64,000 nucleotides of DNA from the human T2T-CHM13v2.0 reference genome, Homo sapiens (GCF_009914755.1 NC_060929.1); one strand, 5' to 3'. Numbered from the stretch's first letter, positions 1-14,807 are shown. Notes: a model not told the origin generated them from the letters alone. A program made the numbers and translations.

Positions 1-1944
1 ACTTTTATTTAGGTCCAATAGAGCAAATAGCATTTATTGTAAGCTCAGGATGTTGCCATGAAACAAGGAGATACACAGAGGGGAAAATGAATAGATAGGG
101 AATAAGATACATTATTAATCAGTTACCTCTGTGTACAACAAGGAATCTATCATGATGAAGAACTTCTCAGAAGCCATTTAGAATGCATTTCAGAATGGCT
201 CCTCTGAAAGATGGGAGGCTGGAACATTCATCCATGACTCACATCTTTCCTTGGTTGTGGAGTACATTGTCGGTGTTAACATTCTCAAAGTTCTAGGGAC
301 CGGCTGAGCAAGCTCCTGGGCATTTCAAGGCCCAAAGGCTGAGAAAGCTGAATGGTACTGAGTTCATAGTGGGAACAGGGCCACCAATCACAGCAATTAT
401 TCACAGCAGCTTTAGCTAAAGTCTGGAGATGTGCTGTGGTCACCAATAGTTTTGGAAACACCATTACTCAAAAAGTATTCTAGGTAATTTGGGGAATTTG
501 TAAAAGGTATATTACATGTATGTCCAATTGGGTACCTGGTAGTACCCAATTTCTTAAAAATTCTACTGCAGCTCCATAGTGTGTTACCACTCTGCTTAAT
601 GGGCACTGCTGTAATCAGGAAGGCCTGAGTCACTTCAGCTACAATTTCTGGCTATATTTCCCTTTGTTAGACACTTTTGCTAGTTCATTTCTGAACTCAT
701 GAATACTATTTGCCTGACACTGTTCAAATTTCCATTAGGTGTCATATAATTTCCAACAAATCACCATGGCCAATTATATTAGTAATAGACTTATGCTTGG
801 AAGTGTCTACCAAAATATCGAAGTCAATTTGTGTTTCCTATAGTGATGAAAAAATAATAATAATCCTCTATTTCTTCCTTAGTTTTCACTCCCCCAACAT
901 GAGTATACAACTAAGGCTGTTTTGATAGTGTTATTAATATTTCCCTGTAAGAAGGAAGGAAATTTTCTTTGTTTTGTTCACTGCAATAGTCTCAGCATGT
1001 AGAAATGACTTGTATTATTACATAGTATTTTTGAATGAACAAAGGACTATGTTACACATTTTTTAGTGGAATAGTCCCATTACTATTTTTGCTCATGGTT
1101 CTCTTTCTCCCATTACACCCAGTTATTAATCCATGTTGTGAGAAGGGAGGTGAATAAAGGAGGTGTGCTAAGACACAAATGTGAGTATATACGTCATAAG
1201 GTTTAAAATTTGAAATTTTATGTCCTTGCAATGTCATTATAATGAAGTAAATTGGCTTTTCTTTTCATGGGAGGAAATCTCTTCCTGAAGATTCTACTCT
1301 TGAATAGGTAAATCAATCACAGGTGAGCCCTCTCAGTAATTGGCAAGACACATCCTTTGTGTGTTCATTTCAGTGGTAGTCACTAGTGAGTGCAAGTCAA
1401 ACCTGCTGCACGACAACCACATTTAACGTTTATTTATTTCTATACTCATTGGCTCTGCTGCTTTATAATTAAAAAAAAGAAGTTTTTGAATGAAAATATT
1501 AAAATACCTTTTCCATAAATTATTTTATCTTACTATAAATGGAATCATGACTTATGCTTTAAGGACCATTGCAAGAGTTGAATTTTTTTACATGAAGAAA
1601 CATAGGCCCAAAGATATAATTTACTTTTCCAAGCACAGTTTACTGAGAAATATTATTATCCAGTTCTTAACTTTCAATGTATTGCTCTTGTATTTTATAA
1701 CATTTTCTCTTAAAATCTAGAAATTTTACTGAAAATGTAAACAATAAAGAAGTTTTACTTATAAGGAATATCAACAGATAAATGCATATTTATAGATAAT
1801 CTAGCAATCTAACTTAAAGTTAACATTTAGGAGAATATGAATTCCATTTACTGAGAAAACAATAACAAAAGGCACTATTTCTTTCTTTATAAGTTTAATT
1901 TTTCTCTCAGCTATCTCCATACCCTTTGTCAAAATTGACTTTAA

Positions 1945-2233
1945 AAATTACGGAAATGGAGAACAGATTAGTGATTGTCAGGAATTAGGAACACTGTAGA
2001 GAAGAGGACGGTGGGTGTGTTTAAAAAAAGGAATAAGGGGGTCTTGGTGGTTTTGAAACTGTTCTGCATCTTGACTGTACTGTAAAACTCCTGACTGTGA
2101 TATGATACTGCAATTTTGCAATATATTGCCATTTTTGGAAACTGCATTAAGGGTCCATGGGATCTCTCTTGATTATTTTTACAACTGCACATGAACTACA
2201 ATTACTACAAAATAAGACATTTAATTTAAAAAA
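1945..2233 (+). mobile_element. Old L1 (L1MC/L1MD-type) 3'-end fragment
   Basis: Matches the recalled L1M 3' UTR: gaaatggagaacagattagtgattgtcagg ... ggaaactgcattaagggtccatgggatctctcttgattatttttacaactgcacatgaac, followed by an A-rich tail. Confidence 0.75.
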
Positions 2234-2739
2234 TTATTAAACACCATAACAATTTAGAATTTTATCACTTTGGAAATAAATTGTAATGGGAATAACTACA
2301 AATAGTATTCATAGTATTTAAAATTACTATGCATGTAAAATGCTTGGGAACAAAATTTAATTTTTTGTGGAGGACAATATAGTTTATAGTAAAAATATAC
2401 TTTGACTTATTGGAATAATGTAGTTTTTTATAATAGGAAGCCTGCTTGCTTTTTACTTATTTTGGGCTTTCTATTTTTTATTTTCTCATTTACCTATAGC
2501 TTTAATGTAAGTTGTGTGACCCTTATGTTAGTCTGTCTGTCTATACTATTTCTTAGGTCAGTGTATATTTCAGTTTCTTTAATGTGGATATAAATAACAA
2601 AATTACTTCAAAATTTTATTCTTGTTCTGTTCTAAATCCAGGGCAAAAAATTATCAATGTTATTATTTCTATGATACATCTATATTTAAATTAAAATCTT
2701 AATATAAAATGTTATTGCTGGCATTCTTGTCACACTATT

Positions 2740-2850
2740 TAACCACTGGAACATCTTTCAGGCCTAAATGATTCCACCTGTAAAATGTGGGGGGTGGAGG
2801 TGGATGGTCTCTATTGGCCCTTCTGAATCTCAATGTTATGAGTCTCTGAC
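2740..2850 (+). mobile_element. MIR/MIR3 fragment
   Basis: Core-like ccacctgtaaaatgtgggggg...gatggtctct...ccttctgaatctcaatgttatgagtc. Confidence 0.5.
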
Positions 2851-4841
2851 TTTCTAAGTTAACCTCTTGGTAATTTATCAAATTTATCAAATGAATTAGA
2901 CTTCCCAGAGTGGAGGCAGCTAAAATGCACGAAATAGGTAAGTTTCACATGTAGAAACACTCCTGTATGAGATTTAGTTGGAGAGACTGGGAACCACATT
3001 TTATTTGTAAAGCCCTTTGGAGACAAAATGCTGTATTATTTGAATTGAAGGTTATCTATGAGGTCATGGCAGTAATTACTGTGGGTTATGGCAGGATATT
3101 TATAAATTCATAGAAAATTAGGGAGCACATCTCAGAATTGCATCTCACCCTTTTTAATGTATGTATATGTTTATTTACATGCCCAAATATAAAAGTAGAA
3201 ATATTACTTACTGTTTGATTGTGTTTTGAAGACTGAAAATTTTCATCATTGCATGTGGAGCAGAGAAAGAAACATAAAATACCCTATATCTTCATTTAAA
3301 ATCCAGAAAGAATCATTTTCTGATGGAAAAAAAGAGGCACATCTTGAAGCAAGGAGATGTGCAACAAATTTTGAAAAAGACTGAAGTTCTCATTCAGATT
3401 CCTAAAGTGTAGAATCCCTTTGCCATCTTGATCATTGAAAATGAGTTTGAAGATCTACTCAGTCTCTGGCCACTTCAGATTAGGTCCTTTCCATGTCAAG
3501 TACTTGCTGAAATTACTACTTTTTCTTTTCTTTACATATGTTTCCCTCTTTTTCAATGTGTCTTATGTCCAAAGTACATTGAGCTTTTTGGAATTTTTAT
3601 ATGCTGTACCTACCCAACTTATGCTTTCCCTAGTTTAAACATTTTAAGAATAAAAAGACAGAATAAAGCATCTTCCCAGGTTTAGATATTCTTTTTTTTT
3701 TTCTGCCAAGAATGTTGTTTATTCCTGATATACCCACCTTAGAATAATTTCCTCCCTAGACAATGACAATCTGCAAGGCATATAAGTTAACATCAATTAG
3801 CCTCAATTCAAAAGTGAATAGCACATCAGTAAGCCTTAAAACATAAACAAAATGGAGTTACCTGTCTAAGGCTCCAAAAGTAAGGAAAAGATTGGAACAA
3901 TTTAAAGAAATTATTTATTATTCACTCAGAACCAATTCTTTATTAACAAATTATTTTTTTGTGCAGGCATGTGTTTGGGTCATGGATAATCAGGAGTGCT
4001 TAAAATGGCAGGACAAATACGTTCCTGGAAATATCACAGTTTAATAATTGGAAAGTAAAAAGTTGATATTGTGTAAATAACCTAAAATGGTAAAGATGGT
4101 AGTATCATTAAGCATTCTAAACAGTGGGACTGATTTCTTATTTTGTTTTGTCTTTTAGCAACCATGTTTTTATAGAAAACCTGTCTAAATTGTGAAAAAT
4201 TCTTATCTTTCCAAATATAGTTTATTTTAAAGCCTTTATCATTTTGTCATTCAAAATATTTCCAGTTGTCTGGCCTTCAATTTATTGTCTGAATGAAATT
4301 AAATCTGAAATAGTAAAATGTAATAGAAAGGGCCAATGGCAGGAAAAGTGTCTCTAAAAATAAATAAATAAATAAAGTTTCCTGTATTTATTACATTACA
4401 ATAGCATGAGCTGCAAATGTAGCTTCATTCAAAAAAATTATAATTAAATTATAAGTTTTACTTGATGTCAAATATTACAACTCAGATTGAAAATGTATCC
4501 CTGTTTACAAATCAATTATTCATTGAGTTAAACAAGAAAATATTAAACTTTTTTACTAAGACTATTCAAATTGGCAATGTAATTTGAGAAAGCATCCTGA
4601 TTTCATGAACTTTGATAGCACCTACTTATGGAGCAGATTAATTACAAAAGACAAGAGGCAACATTTTCCGGATGTGAAGCTGTAGGTAGTCTAACCATAT
4701 TCACAGCTGAAAATTGATATTATCTAGAACTCATACTGATGCAATCATATTGAACTTGCTACTCTAAGTATATAAAAGAATTTATATAGTTTCATGAATG
4801 GTTGATACAGGAAATCTTTGTTAGTCATCCTAGAATCTTAA

Positions 4842-4844
<3 letters not shown>

Positions 4845-4886
<42 letters not shown>
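4845..4886. repeat. (CA)21 microsatellite
   Basis: Perfect CA run counted directly. Confidence 0.98.
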
Positions 4887-4891
<5 letters not shown>

Positions 4892-5638
4892 TTCCATATA
4901 TACATATAAACAGAAATAGAAAATTTGCTAAGTAAAAAAAAATGTTTTGAACATATTTTCTTCTAGTGCAGGTAACATTTAACGGATTCTAAAGTCTTTT
5001 CGGTCACTTCCAGAATTTTTCAGCTTGATAAATTTCTACCACTCAACAAAATACCCACCTGCCGTTATCCTTAATCATGTTAAGACAGTGTGCTATAAAC
5101 ATCCTCAGTACAAAACGCAGTGTTGCCAATGATCAACTATGGATTTAAGTTTGAGCTTCTCATATCTTCCTCCATCTTTGTCCCTCCTAACACAATCCCC
5201 TGAAAAATTGTGTTGTTGTGACTAGAAATTGCTGTGGTAACCCAGACCTTATATTCTCATTTTTGCTTTCTTCACTGAACCATGAATGGAAATTTACTCT
5301 GCAACACATAGTAAGTGTGAAATTGATTCAGTCCTAGTGACAGACAGAGGCAGCCAGACCCAATACATAATTTTACTATGCTAAAGAACTACCTAATCAG
5401 CCAACTAACCGGGTGCCCCTTGGTCTATATTTAATATTTGTTTTAGATATAACATCACTCATCCAGTTATCACTGGGAATAGTCATAGTAAAGTTGTACT
5501 TCAGTGCTTCCTGTCCCAGTGTTTTTTTCCCAGACACATTATTTAATTTGCGATCTTGCCTGGATGCCATGAAAGAGAACATACATATTAAAACAACTTA
5601 ATATAGCAATTATTTATTGGCAAATTTAAAAAAATCAA

Positions 5639-6252
5639 AATTGTCAGAACTTGGAAGCAACCAAAATGTCCTTCAGTAAGTGAGTGGATAAGTAAGCTGT
5701 GGTATACCCAGACAATGGGATATTATTCAGTGCTAAAAAGAAATAAGTTATTGAGCCATGAAAAGACATGGAAAAACCTTAAATGCATAGTACTAAGTGA
5801 AAGAAGCTAATTTGAAAAGGCTACATACTGCATGATTTGAACTATATGACACCCTGCGAAAGGATAAACTATGGAAACTGAAAAGATCAGTGGTTGCCAG
5901 GAATTAAGGGAGAGGGAAGAATTAATAGACAGAGCACAGAGGATTTTTAGGGCAGTGAAACCACTCTGATAATACTATGATGGTGGATAAGGTCATAATA
6001 CATTTGTACAAACCCATAGAATATACAACACCAAGAGTGAACCCTAATGTAAATTATGGTGCTTGGGTGATAATGATGTGTCAGTGTAGGTTAATCAATT
6101 GTAACGAATGTACCACTTTCATATAAGATATTGATAATAGGAGAGGCTATGCATGTTTCCAGGGAGGGGAAATACTAAAAATCTCTGTAACTTTTTCTCA
6201 GTTTTGCTGTGAATATAAAACTGCTTTATAAATGTAAGTCTTAAAACAATAA
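5639..6252 (+). mobile_element. L1MC1/L1MC2-type 3' end (5'-truncated)
   Basis: ttggaagcaaccaaaatgtccttcagt ... cagagcacagaggatttttagggcagtgaaa ... caagagtgaaccctaatgtaaa ... ctcagttttgctgtgaa; homologous to the copy at 61.0-61.85 kb. Confidence 0.9.
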
Positions 6253-7299
6253 AAGTCCATTGTGCTTACTTCTGGCTAGCCTCAGCTCATATTTACTGAG
6301 GCCCCGACTCTAGGCTTGAAGGTAGTTGCATACTAGAAGCTGCAGTCCTTCCTTTGATTTTTCACAGGTGCTGTCTCACACTTGGGCATTTTCTCATGGT
6401 TCAGAACAGTCAGCGAGAATGACTATCAAATGGGGACTTGAAAATAAAATTGGCTTTAAACTGTTTCCTGTCTTCTTTCATGTCTAATGTCTTCTTTCAT
6501 GTCCTAATGTTGTCATTGCCACAGAGGAAAAAGAGAAGTATCTGTGCACATGTCTGAAATATGACTTCAAGGCAAAGAACTAAAAATTAAATAGATCAAT
6601 GAAAGGGAAGACACCTTGAACAAGGTCACTTAGATTTGATTAAATATATTAAATTGTTTAATACTATTTTGTAGAATTTATTAAAGTCATTCCTTTGATC
6701 GTTGCACTTAAAAAGTCAAAACTATACCATGAATACTTTCAACAAAATAATATTGAGATCAGAAGCAGAAAATCTTTCAAGTCTAATTGGTCACTAGTAA
6801 ACCTTCCTCTTTCTTGTTGTAAATAATGCATTTGCTCTAAGTTCCAAATTAGCTTTGATTTGCAAGATCTTTGATTGCTCTTTAATAACTATACAAGGGG
6901 AAGAAATTGTCTTTATCATATTAGCAAATTTGAAACAACCATTAATTTCTATTTCTCACCCCATGGGATTCAACTCTCATTCCTAAATGTTTTCTGATGT
7001 TTTCCTCATTTCTTTCCATTTTCCAGTTACTGGCTTTGTTCCCATCCCAATTGTTTATCACTTGAATGACAGATAACAAACAACTATATTTCTATTTTCA
7101 CTTCTTTACTTCCAATCCAGACACTATGAAATTGTCAGCATGGTCTTTCACATATACAAATGATATTCAGCTTAAGAATCTCTGTGGGTTACTATTGTTT
7201 CAAAATAAAACCCTTGGAGTAACTGGGAAGGTTACCCTGATTTGGTTATGTCTCTCCCAATGCCTTTCTTTGAACTCTATGACCCAATTATGTTAAGCA

Positions 7300-7755
7300 T
7301 TTGAAGAATGCCTAATAATGTGAGTTAATATTTGGCTCCTTCTCCTTGGTGTTGACCCTAGTGCCTGGAACATTTTATTTTATTTTACTTTATTTTTTTC
7401 TTATGCTGGAGATTTCCTATTCATTTTTTTATACCTCAGTTATGTCAGGAAACACTTCCATGATTTTAGTCTCCAAGTGCTTCTCTTACTAGCTTCATAA
7501 TGACCCTACACAAACTTATTTTTTGTTTACTGTCTGTTGTTGGAAGGTACCTACTGTGTCTCAGGGCTAAGCATAATGTTTATCATAAAGCAGGCACTCA
7601 TCAAAGGGTAACAACCCACTGAAAAATAGACTTCAAGGTAGGCGCCCTGCATGTCTCATTCTCAGTGGATTTCTTGTATATATACAGTGCCTGGTATAGA
7701 GGAATACTCATTAATCTTTATTGAGTGAATGCATGAATTAATGAATGAATAAACT
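7300..7755 (+). mobile_element. L2 3'-end fragments
   Basis: cagtgcctggtatagaggaatactcattaatctttattgagtgaatgcatgaattaatgaatgaat (L2 tail). Confidence 0.6.
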
Positions 7756-8979
7756 TAATGCCATTTGTTTTATTTTTTCAAAATCTTTTAAATATTAATA
7801 CAAACTATCATAGGATATTTAAATTAAATATTCTGTAAACAGGATATTTATTTTAAATAGATATAATATTTTATGCATATAAAGTATTAATTATAATAAT
7901 AGAAAAACTTATTTCTATTATTCTTATTTCTATATTTTCTATTAAACTTCTATATTTCTATTAAACTTATTTCTATAATTTCTAACTTATAAAAAATATT
8001 AAATTAGGACTTTTTCTCCTACGATTGTTACACACCAATGTTTAATATGCATTCCCTTCATCACCCGTTAGTCACACATATGCATATACAACAAATAGTA
8101 TCGGCTGAATTTCTAATTTCTTTTTCTGTTTCTCTTTGTTTCACATTTATCTGAAACAGTAGAACAAAATTGAACACTGCATATAATAAGAAGCCAAACT
8201 GTATTCTTAGAGCTGTATTATCCGTATACTATTGAGGGAGTAATTTAATATCAATTATTAATTGGAGGATTATACAACAATTTAATACTAAAATAAAATT
8301 TCTTTGATACCACATAATTGTATGCTTCTTTCTTCCAGTTAATAAAGCACTGTTGTGGCTATTTTGTTTGTCTATCTCATTTTTCCTATTGAAAATCTGA
8401 TACCCATTTTGAAGGAAAAAAAAAAACTGGGACTAGAGAGGTTAAGTCATGGATTCACTACTATGTAGCTGATAAGTGGTGGAACTAAAATTCTAAGTCA
8501 AACTGTGAATCCAGAGAATGTGTCCTCTTAATCACCATGGAATAATTTTAACTCAGGTTTCCATATAATAAGCTCTAATGAGTAAGTAGTATAGACCACT
8601 GGTGGATGCAGCAGAAATAGAAGGAAAGTAGAAATTACTATACATTGAAGCTCTTGTAAGATCATTTCAAAGTAATAAAAAGCTAGAGCAATTTAGTCTG
8701 GGTTTGAAGGTTGAGGTCTACTTCTAGAGAAATAAGAATGCCAGTTAAGAGGACAAAGTTTGAAACTACTTGGTCTGCCTTAGAATAAAGTAGAATATTC
8801 AATCCAACCACTCCTGGTTAAGTCCAGACCTTCCCAGTATCCTTGACCCAACTCCAACACTCCATGTCCTCTCTGAGGCAGAGGGGTTCTCACATACTCC
8901 CTGCCTCTCCAATATCTAGAGCTGAAGCCAAGCTGGAGTGTCATCACTAGAAATGGATATGAAATGTGGTTGAACATAA

Positions 8980-9237
8980 TATTTTTCCAAACTAGTGTTT
9001 ACCAAAGATTGTTTTGTAGCAAAGATAATCTTGTAAGAAAAGGCCTGAGGAATTTGGGAAATGCTGCAATGTACATCTTCTTTTTGAAAAATATAATGTG
9101 TATTAAAAATAGTTACATAAGATGTTCTTCAGCAATATTTGTTGAGCACATTTTTAAAAAATGAATTTTACAATAATATATTTTCTACGCAACACTGATT
9201 AGCATTTTATGTTAAGGAATATTGATGCAAACATATT
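8980..9237. mobile_element. MER103C-like hAT-Charlie MITE (degenerate)
   Basis: tttccaaactagtgttt ... tttgggaaatgctgca ... caacactgattagcat resembles the recalled consensus. Confidence 0.45.
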
Positions 9238-10951
9238 CCTTTCCATATCAAACTTTTAATCATATTTATAACACTTTTTCATTTGTTGATATTTATTTCT
9301 TAATAAAATCACAAGTTTACAATCAGATGAAAAAAGTACAAATATGAAATTACATTTTAATATTCTTATTATTTTTTGTTGTGAAGTGCCTTTGATTTCA
9401 TTTGACAAAACTTGCCTATTCAAAACTTGGAAACTAAAATTTGATCAGTGCAGAGCTAAGTATAAAATATATATGTATACACACACACACATTTGTTTTA
9501 AAGGTTAAATATATAATTGTTATATAAATATAAATATAAACAAATATATATATAAATATAAAATATATGTATTTGTTTTAAAAGTTACATAGTTGTCCTT
9601 CCAAATGCCTAATACAGACACATGCACTATTTATCATGATATGAATGTTTGGGAAGTATCTATGTTTCTGGCAAAATAGCCTGGATTCATAGTTCCAAGT
9701 TTTCTATTCATCAAGAAAACCGAATACATATCATTAGAACAGTGTGAAAAGCTAAGCTCAATTATACTCCTCAGTGTGAGTTATACACAGACCTTCCCAG
9801 GTTTCATTTTTATGAGCTTCATTCCATTCAGCAACTGTATCAAAAGAGGATTAAAACCTGAAAGATATGGAAGGTAGAACAGAGCTCTGCTGAGGGAACT
9901 CCCTGAGCACTAGCACTTGAAAATGTTTGGCCCTGATGAAAATGAAAATGATTGTCAGATTTCATAAGAACCTCGAGCCTGGAGGTGATAGAAGCCTGAG
10001 TTTACTTCTAATTGGAAAAAAAAAAAAAAGCAAGATCACAAAAATAGGCTTTTCTATTTGAATTTGCTTTAATGTGGCCAATTAAATTATAATATCCTAT
10101 GCCTTGTCAGTCATTGTTTTAAATACAGAGATGTTAAAAATGCTACGAGAGTCCTATATTTTCTAATAATTATTATAAAGCCAAAATATATATACATTTT
10201 CATTAATCTTCTGTAAATACCATTTCAAAAATGCAAATATGTTATAAAATGCTATGCTTAAAATTATGTATCCCCACATGCTTCTGCTGTCCATTTCAAT
10301 CCTTGAGGCTGTGCAAGGGTAGGCTGCCTCTATTAATAAAATCAAACCTACATTTTCTTATGTTTAACACAGGAAGGATTTCCAGAAATAAAGTAGGTGG
10401 AGCAAGTGGCACTAGCTCTGTAATTCTGCAATTTATTTTCTCTTGATGCCTTTCATTCGTTTTCTCTGCCATTAACAAGCAGTTTGCCTGGGATGCACAA
10501 TTCACCATTTAACTGTCTGCCCCAGTAGTACACCAAAACTGCTTTCATAGAAGACATTTTAAACTACCAAAGGACTTTTTTAAAGACCGTAAAGAAAAAG
10601 AGAGATTTAGGCACAAATCATGTATCTATTAAATACTAGGGCTCCTAAAATAGAGTTTTGGCACTTACCATATCAAGCATGCTCCTGGTAACATAAATGC
10701 CACCCAGATTCAACTGATTCTCTTCAAACATTTCTGTGTTAAGCTTCAAATTGTGACACGAATTTATAGTCATCTAGCTAACCTGTGTTCCTTCAAAATC
10801 CAAACCGACCTTGACATGTAGGATCCTGTCCTGATATGCATGAATTAGGAATTATTTCTTGACTCTCTTGACACCTTCATGATTGTGAACAATTATATTA
10901 CTATTCTCAAAGGTTTCTTCTTTCCCTGTGGAAAAAATATATTTTCTCACC

Positions 10952-11326
10952 TTGTAGATGTCAGGCATGGCCACCTTGCCCTGTGACTTATAATGCCCCT
11001 TCCTGTGAAGATGATGCTCATCCCACTCCAGTGATACCAATTTTGTCCATGTGACTTGCTAGACAAGTGAAATATGAATGGAAGAAGTATTTGCCACTTC
11101 TGGGCAGGGTGGTGAAGAGTCATCATTTTTTTCTACAATCTTTGATTCCTTCAACAATAATGGAGATAAGATTGTCCCATAGGTCTTGATACAAAAGCAT
11201 TTGAACCGTGATAGATATATAACATGAGGGAGATAAAAGAAACAAATTCATATACTATTGAATTTCACTAAAATTTTTGAGGTCATTTGTTACCACAATG
11301 TAATTTATCTTAGTCTGACCAATACG
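10952..11326 (+). mobile_element. MLT1H/I-type MaLR solo LTR
   Basis: ccatgtgacttgct...tgaaatatgaatggaag...gccacttctgggcag; 3' end gaggtcatttgttaccacaatgtaatttatcttagtctgaccaatac. Confidence 0.7.
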
Positions 11327-11469
11327 GTGGTCAAGACAAAGAAAGGTATTTTCTATTCTGGAGGCTATTGGCTCTGACTTATATGTTTTACATTTCCATT
11401 TTAAGAAGTTTCTTTGCTATTTCTTCTTCTCACTACTGAAACAATGACAGAAACTTTTTATCATATATG

Positions 11470-12028
11470 CAGCTAGTATCTATGGGGGATACATTCCAAA
11501 ACCCCCATTGGATACCTGAAACCATGGATAATAATGAACCCTATAGGTACTGCTATATATTTTCCTCTACATACATACCTATGGTAAAGTTTAATTTATA
11601 CATTAGGCACAGTGAGATTAACAACAATAATTAATAGTAAAATAGAAAAAGTATAACAGTATAACAAAAGTTATATGGAATGTGTTCTCTCTCTCTCTCT
11701 AAATATTATACTCACCCTTCTTGTGATGATATAAAATTATACAATGCCTACATCATAAGTTGAATGAGGTGAATGACATAGGCATTGTGACTTAGAATTA
11801 AGCTCCTGGTGATCCTCTGAGGACATATGCCAAACAAGGGGATGATTCATGTCCTGGACAGGACAGAGTGGGAGGGCATGAGATTTCATCACGCTACTCA
11901 GAACAATGTGCAATTTAAAACCTATGAATTGTGTATTCCCTGAATTTTCCATTTAATATTTTCAGACCGCAGTTGATGGTGAGTAACTGAAACCATGGAA
12001 AACAAAACAGAGGATGGAAGGACTGCCA
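11470..12028. mobile_element. MER44 (Tigger7-derived) TcMar-Tigger MITE
   Basis: gggggatacattccaaaacccccattggatacctgaaaccatggata ... aaagtttaatttatacattaggcacagt ... gtaactgaaaccatggaaa, with internal repeated termini. Confidence 0.85.
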
Positions 12029-14807
12029 TATATTAAAATCTGAGTAAACATTATACTAACCATATAAATAATTGTGAGTCAAAAAATACTGTTTTCATAC
12101 AAAATAATACATTGATTTCACAACTGAGTCATTAAAATTTTGTGTGTAGAAAATGAAACAGCCACGGAGGGAACTAACAGATCATTTTGAGGAGTATCAG
12201 CTTAGTGGTAGAGCTGAAAAGCCCACTGACTGCCCTGCACATTCTGGCACGGCATTGCAGAAATCATCCTGCTTGAACTGGTCAGTCTATTCACAGCGAG
12301 GTGAGGCTTCCCGCTGATGCATCTGATTGCTCTCTGGTACTTGATGCAGATGTAAAGGGGAATTGATATAGCTTTTTGCTTGCAGTCAAAGCCTGCCTGT
12401 GGTTATTGGGCATGCCCAGCTCTGACAGTCGTTTTTAATCTTCTGCACATGATAAGAGAGAGGCAATGACAGCAGTAAGGAGATAGTGGTTTCACCACAG
12501 GGATTGAACCTAAAAATCAGAAAATCCAGGACAACTATAATTCAAGTTAGTTTGACTTCCACCATCAATCCCTATGACCATTATGAATCAGGCTTATTCT
12601 GGCCTTCTAGCCCCTTGCAGGGGCCAAACTTTCTGAAGAGTGAGCCTTCCTTCCGGTCGACATGTTCCACTCTGAGAACTTTCACATTACTGTTTTTCTA
12701 GCTCTGCTCAGTGTACTACCTCCTCAAGTCACACATTCACACTCACACACTCACAAACACACACACATCTTTCTAAGTCACTCTATTCATTTTCAGCAAG
12801 AAATTATGAAGCAAATTATTCTGAAGATATTTCTGCTTGAGCAATAGATATAAATCACATTCCTTTCATTCATGACAGAATTATTTAGATAATAGAGCAG
12901 AAATGACAAAGGAGATGTTTTGGCAGTCATAAGTTGCAATTGCTTTTATGCCTAAATCCTGTGGTTGCAATTAAAAAAAGCATACATCATACAACATTAA
13001 ATTTAGTACTTATCATAATGAACTACATATTTTGAGTGACTTTCAAATTTATTAATATTTACTCCATGTATACATCAACCAAAATAAAAGTTACAAAGGT
13101 TTAACTTTTTAAAAAACATGGTGTCTTTTGTTTCATTTTTACTGAATATTCCCATTTATATCAAAAATAGGCTAAATTTTTGAAGCTGAAGGAAAAATAA
13201 GACAAACCTGGTTTCTAATTTTACCAGAATAACTATAGCATATTGTAGAATTTGGAAAATTTCAGTTTGTCTTATTAATTGTAGATCACATTTCTTCAGA
13301 ATTCGATCATGTTTCTGATAAAGGTGGGGATGACTTACAGTAACTCAGTCTCAATTATAATGCTTTGCTCAATGTTTATTTACTGATTAAATTATTTTAC
13401 TTCTTTTAAATAAAACAAAAATATTATTTTCTTAAAATTTAATAGACTGTGTAGAGAACATCTAGCTTAAAAGGTAAATTGTTTCTAGAATTATTCTAAT
13501 AATATTTGTTATAAATGTTTCCCAGAATTATTCTAATATTTGTTATAAGTAAATCCAATAGCAAATATCACACTGTAACCTGCCCCCTTTCAAAATTTAT
13601 AAGCAGTTAACATAATTTTGATTTTTTAATTTAGAATGTATTATGCATTATCTTAAATGTGCTATTTCATCTCCTGAAATAATAGCTACCAAAACATTTA
13701 TGAGGCATATATATTTTTGTTCAGATGGCTAAAGTTTATAGCTTATATTAAAGGCATTAGTTTAATTTTTATAATTAAGGCATAAAATGAAAATATGCTA
13801 TCATGTTCCTCAATGACATACCTCAAGAAAGATCATAAAACTATATTAGACAAATATAAGTACTCAATTTCAAACTTTATCAAACTTAAATATACTGGTA
13901 TATTAGTTGCCTTGAGAGAACAACATGGGTTTCTCAGAGCAATAAATAAAAGTAGTATTTTCATTGATTTTGCAGCAGAATCGAGCAAAATACTGATTAA
14001 TTGTCCAATAATTGCTAGTCAATCAATTTCTTCATTTGAGTTTCTCTGTGTCTGTGTGCATGTGTGTGTGCACAGGTTGAAGACATGTAGGAACAGATGT
14101 CTAAATAATTCAGGAAACTAAATTTTTACTAGCTTTTTATTTATGTTTACTTGTCTTAAGGGGGCAGCAAAGCCACACAAAGCATTGGATAGTATTAAAT
14201 TCATCTTATGTGTCTCGAACTAAAATTATATGCAAGCATTTATATGATAATAGAAGTTAAAGACAATGTGGTGATGTTTCTCATTTCAGGTCTTTATGAA
14301 AAAGTGTTTTAGTAGGATAGCATCTTTTCTGGAATCTATTAAAGATGCACAATTTACCCATTTATCCAAGTATCTGCTATATGTCACAGCAGTTTAGTAG
14401 GACAGGTATAAGATGGTTGTTGCTACCATGAACTGTGGTTGCATAAGAATGTTTTCACAAGCATAATTCATATACAATTGCTTTCTTTAGTCATTACTAA
14501 AGCCTAGAGAATGTAAAATGTTAAAAAGAAGATGGAAATTTCATTCATGTTTCTTAAGAAGCAGTAGGTTCTATACTGACATGTTGATTCATAAATGACT
14601 TAAATACAACTTGGTTTATCTAATACAATTTGATTTCTAAATACCTTCCAGATTATTCTCAAAGTAATTTCAAACATGTGTTTCTATGACTAGACAATAG
14701 AAGTTGTAAAGTAATCTACACCTTTTCCCAAAAAGAACTTTACCATTGGAAAATTATTAAACTCTATTAAAATCACCAGGCAGCTATTTGTACTAGTCCT
14801 ATACCTC

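Noticed and set aside
526-551. 10-bp inverted repeat AATTGGGTAC-N6-GTACCCAATT
   Set aside because: Real but isolated; close to chance expectation in 64 kb, with no associated feature
412-925. Possible transposase/integrase remnant on the minus strand, and a possible old LTR at 60-410
   Set aside because: No convincing catalytic motif or termini by hand translation; needs nhmmer
6469-6510. 19-bp tandem duplication (similar ones at 13480-13550, 42961-42997, 43267-43299)
   Set aside because: Ordinary slippage duplications; two copies without spacers, not CRISPR-like
7905-7990. Degenerate AT-rich repeat (tatttctatta-like units)
   Set aside because: Low-complexity decay with no regular period
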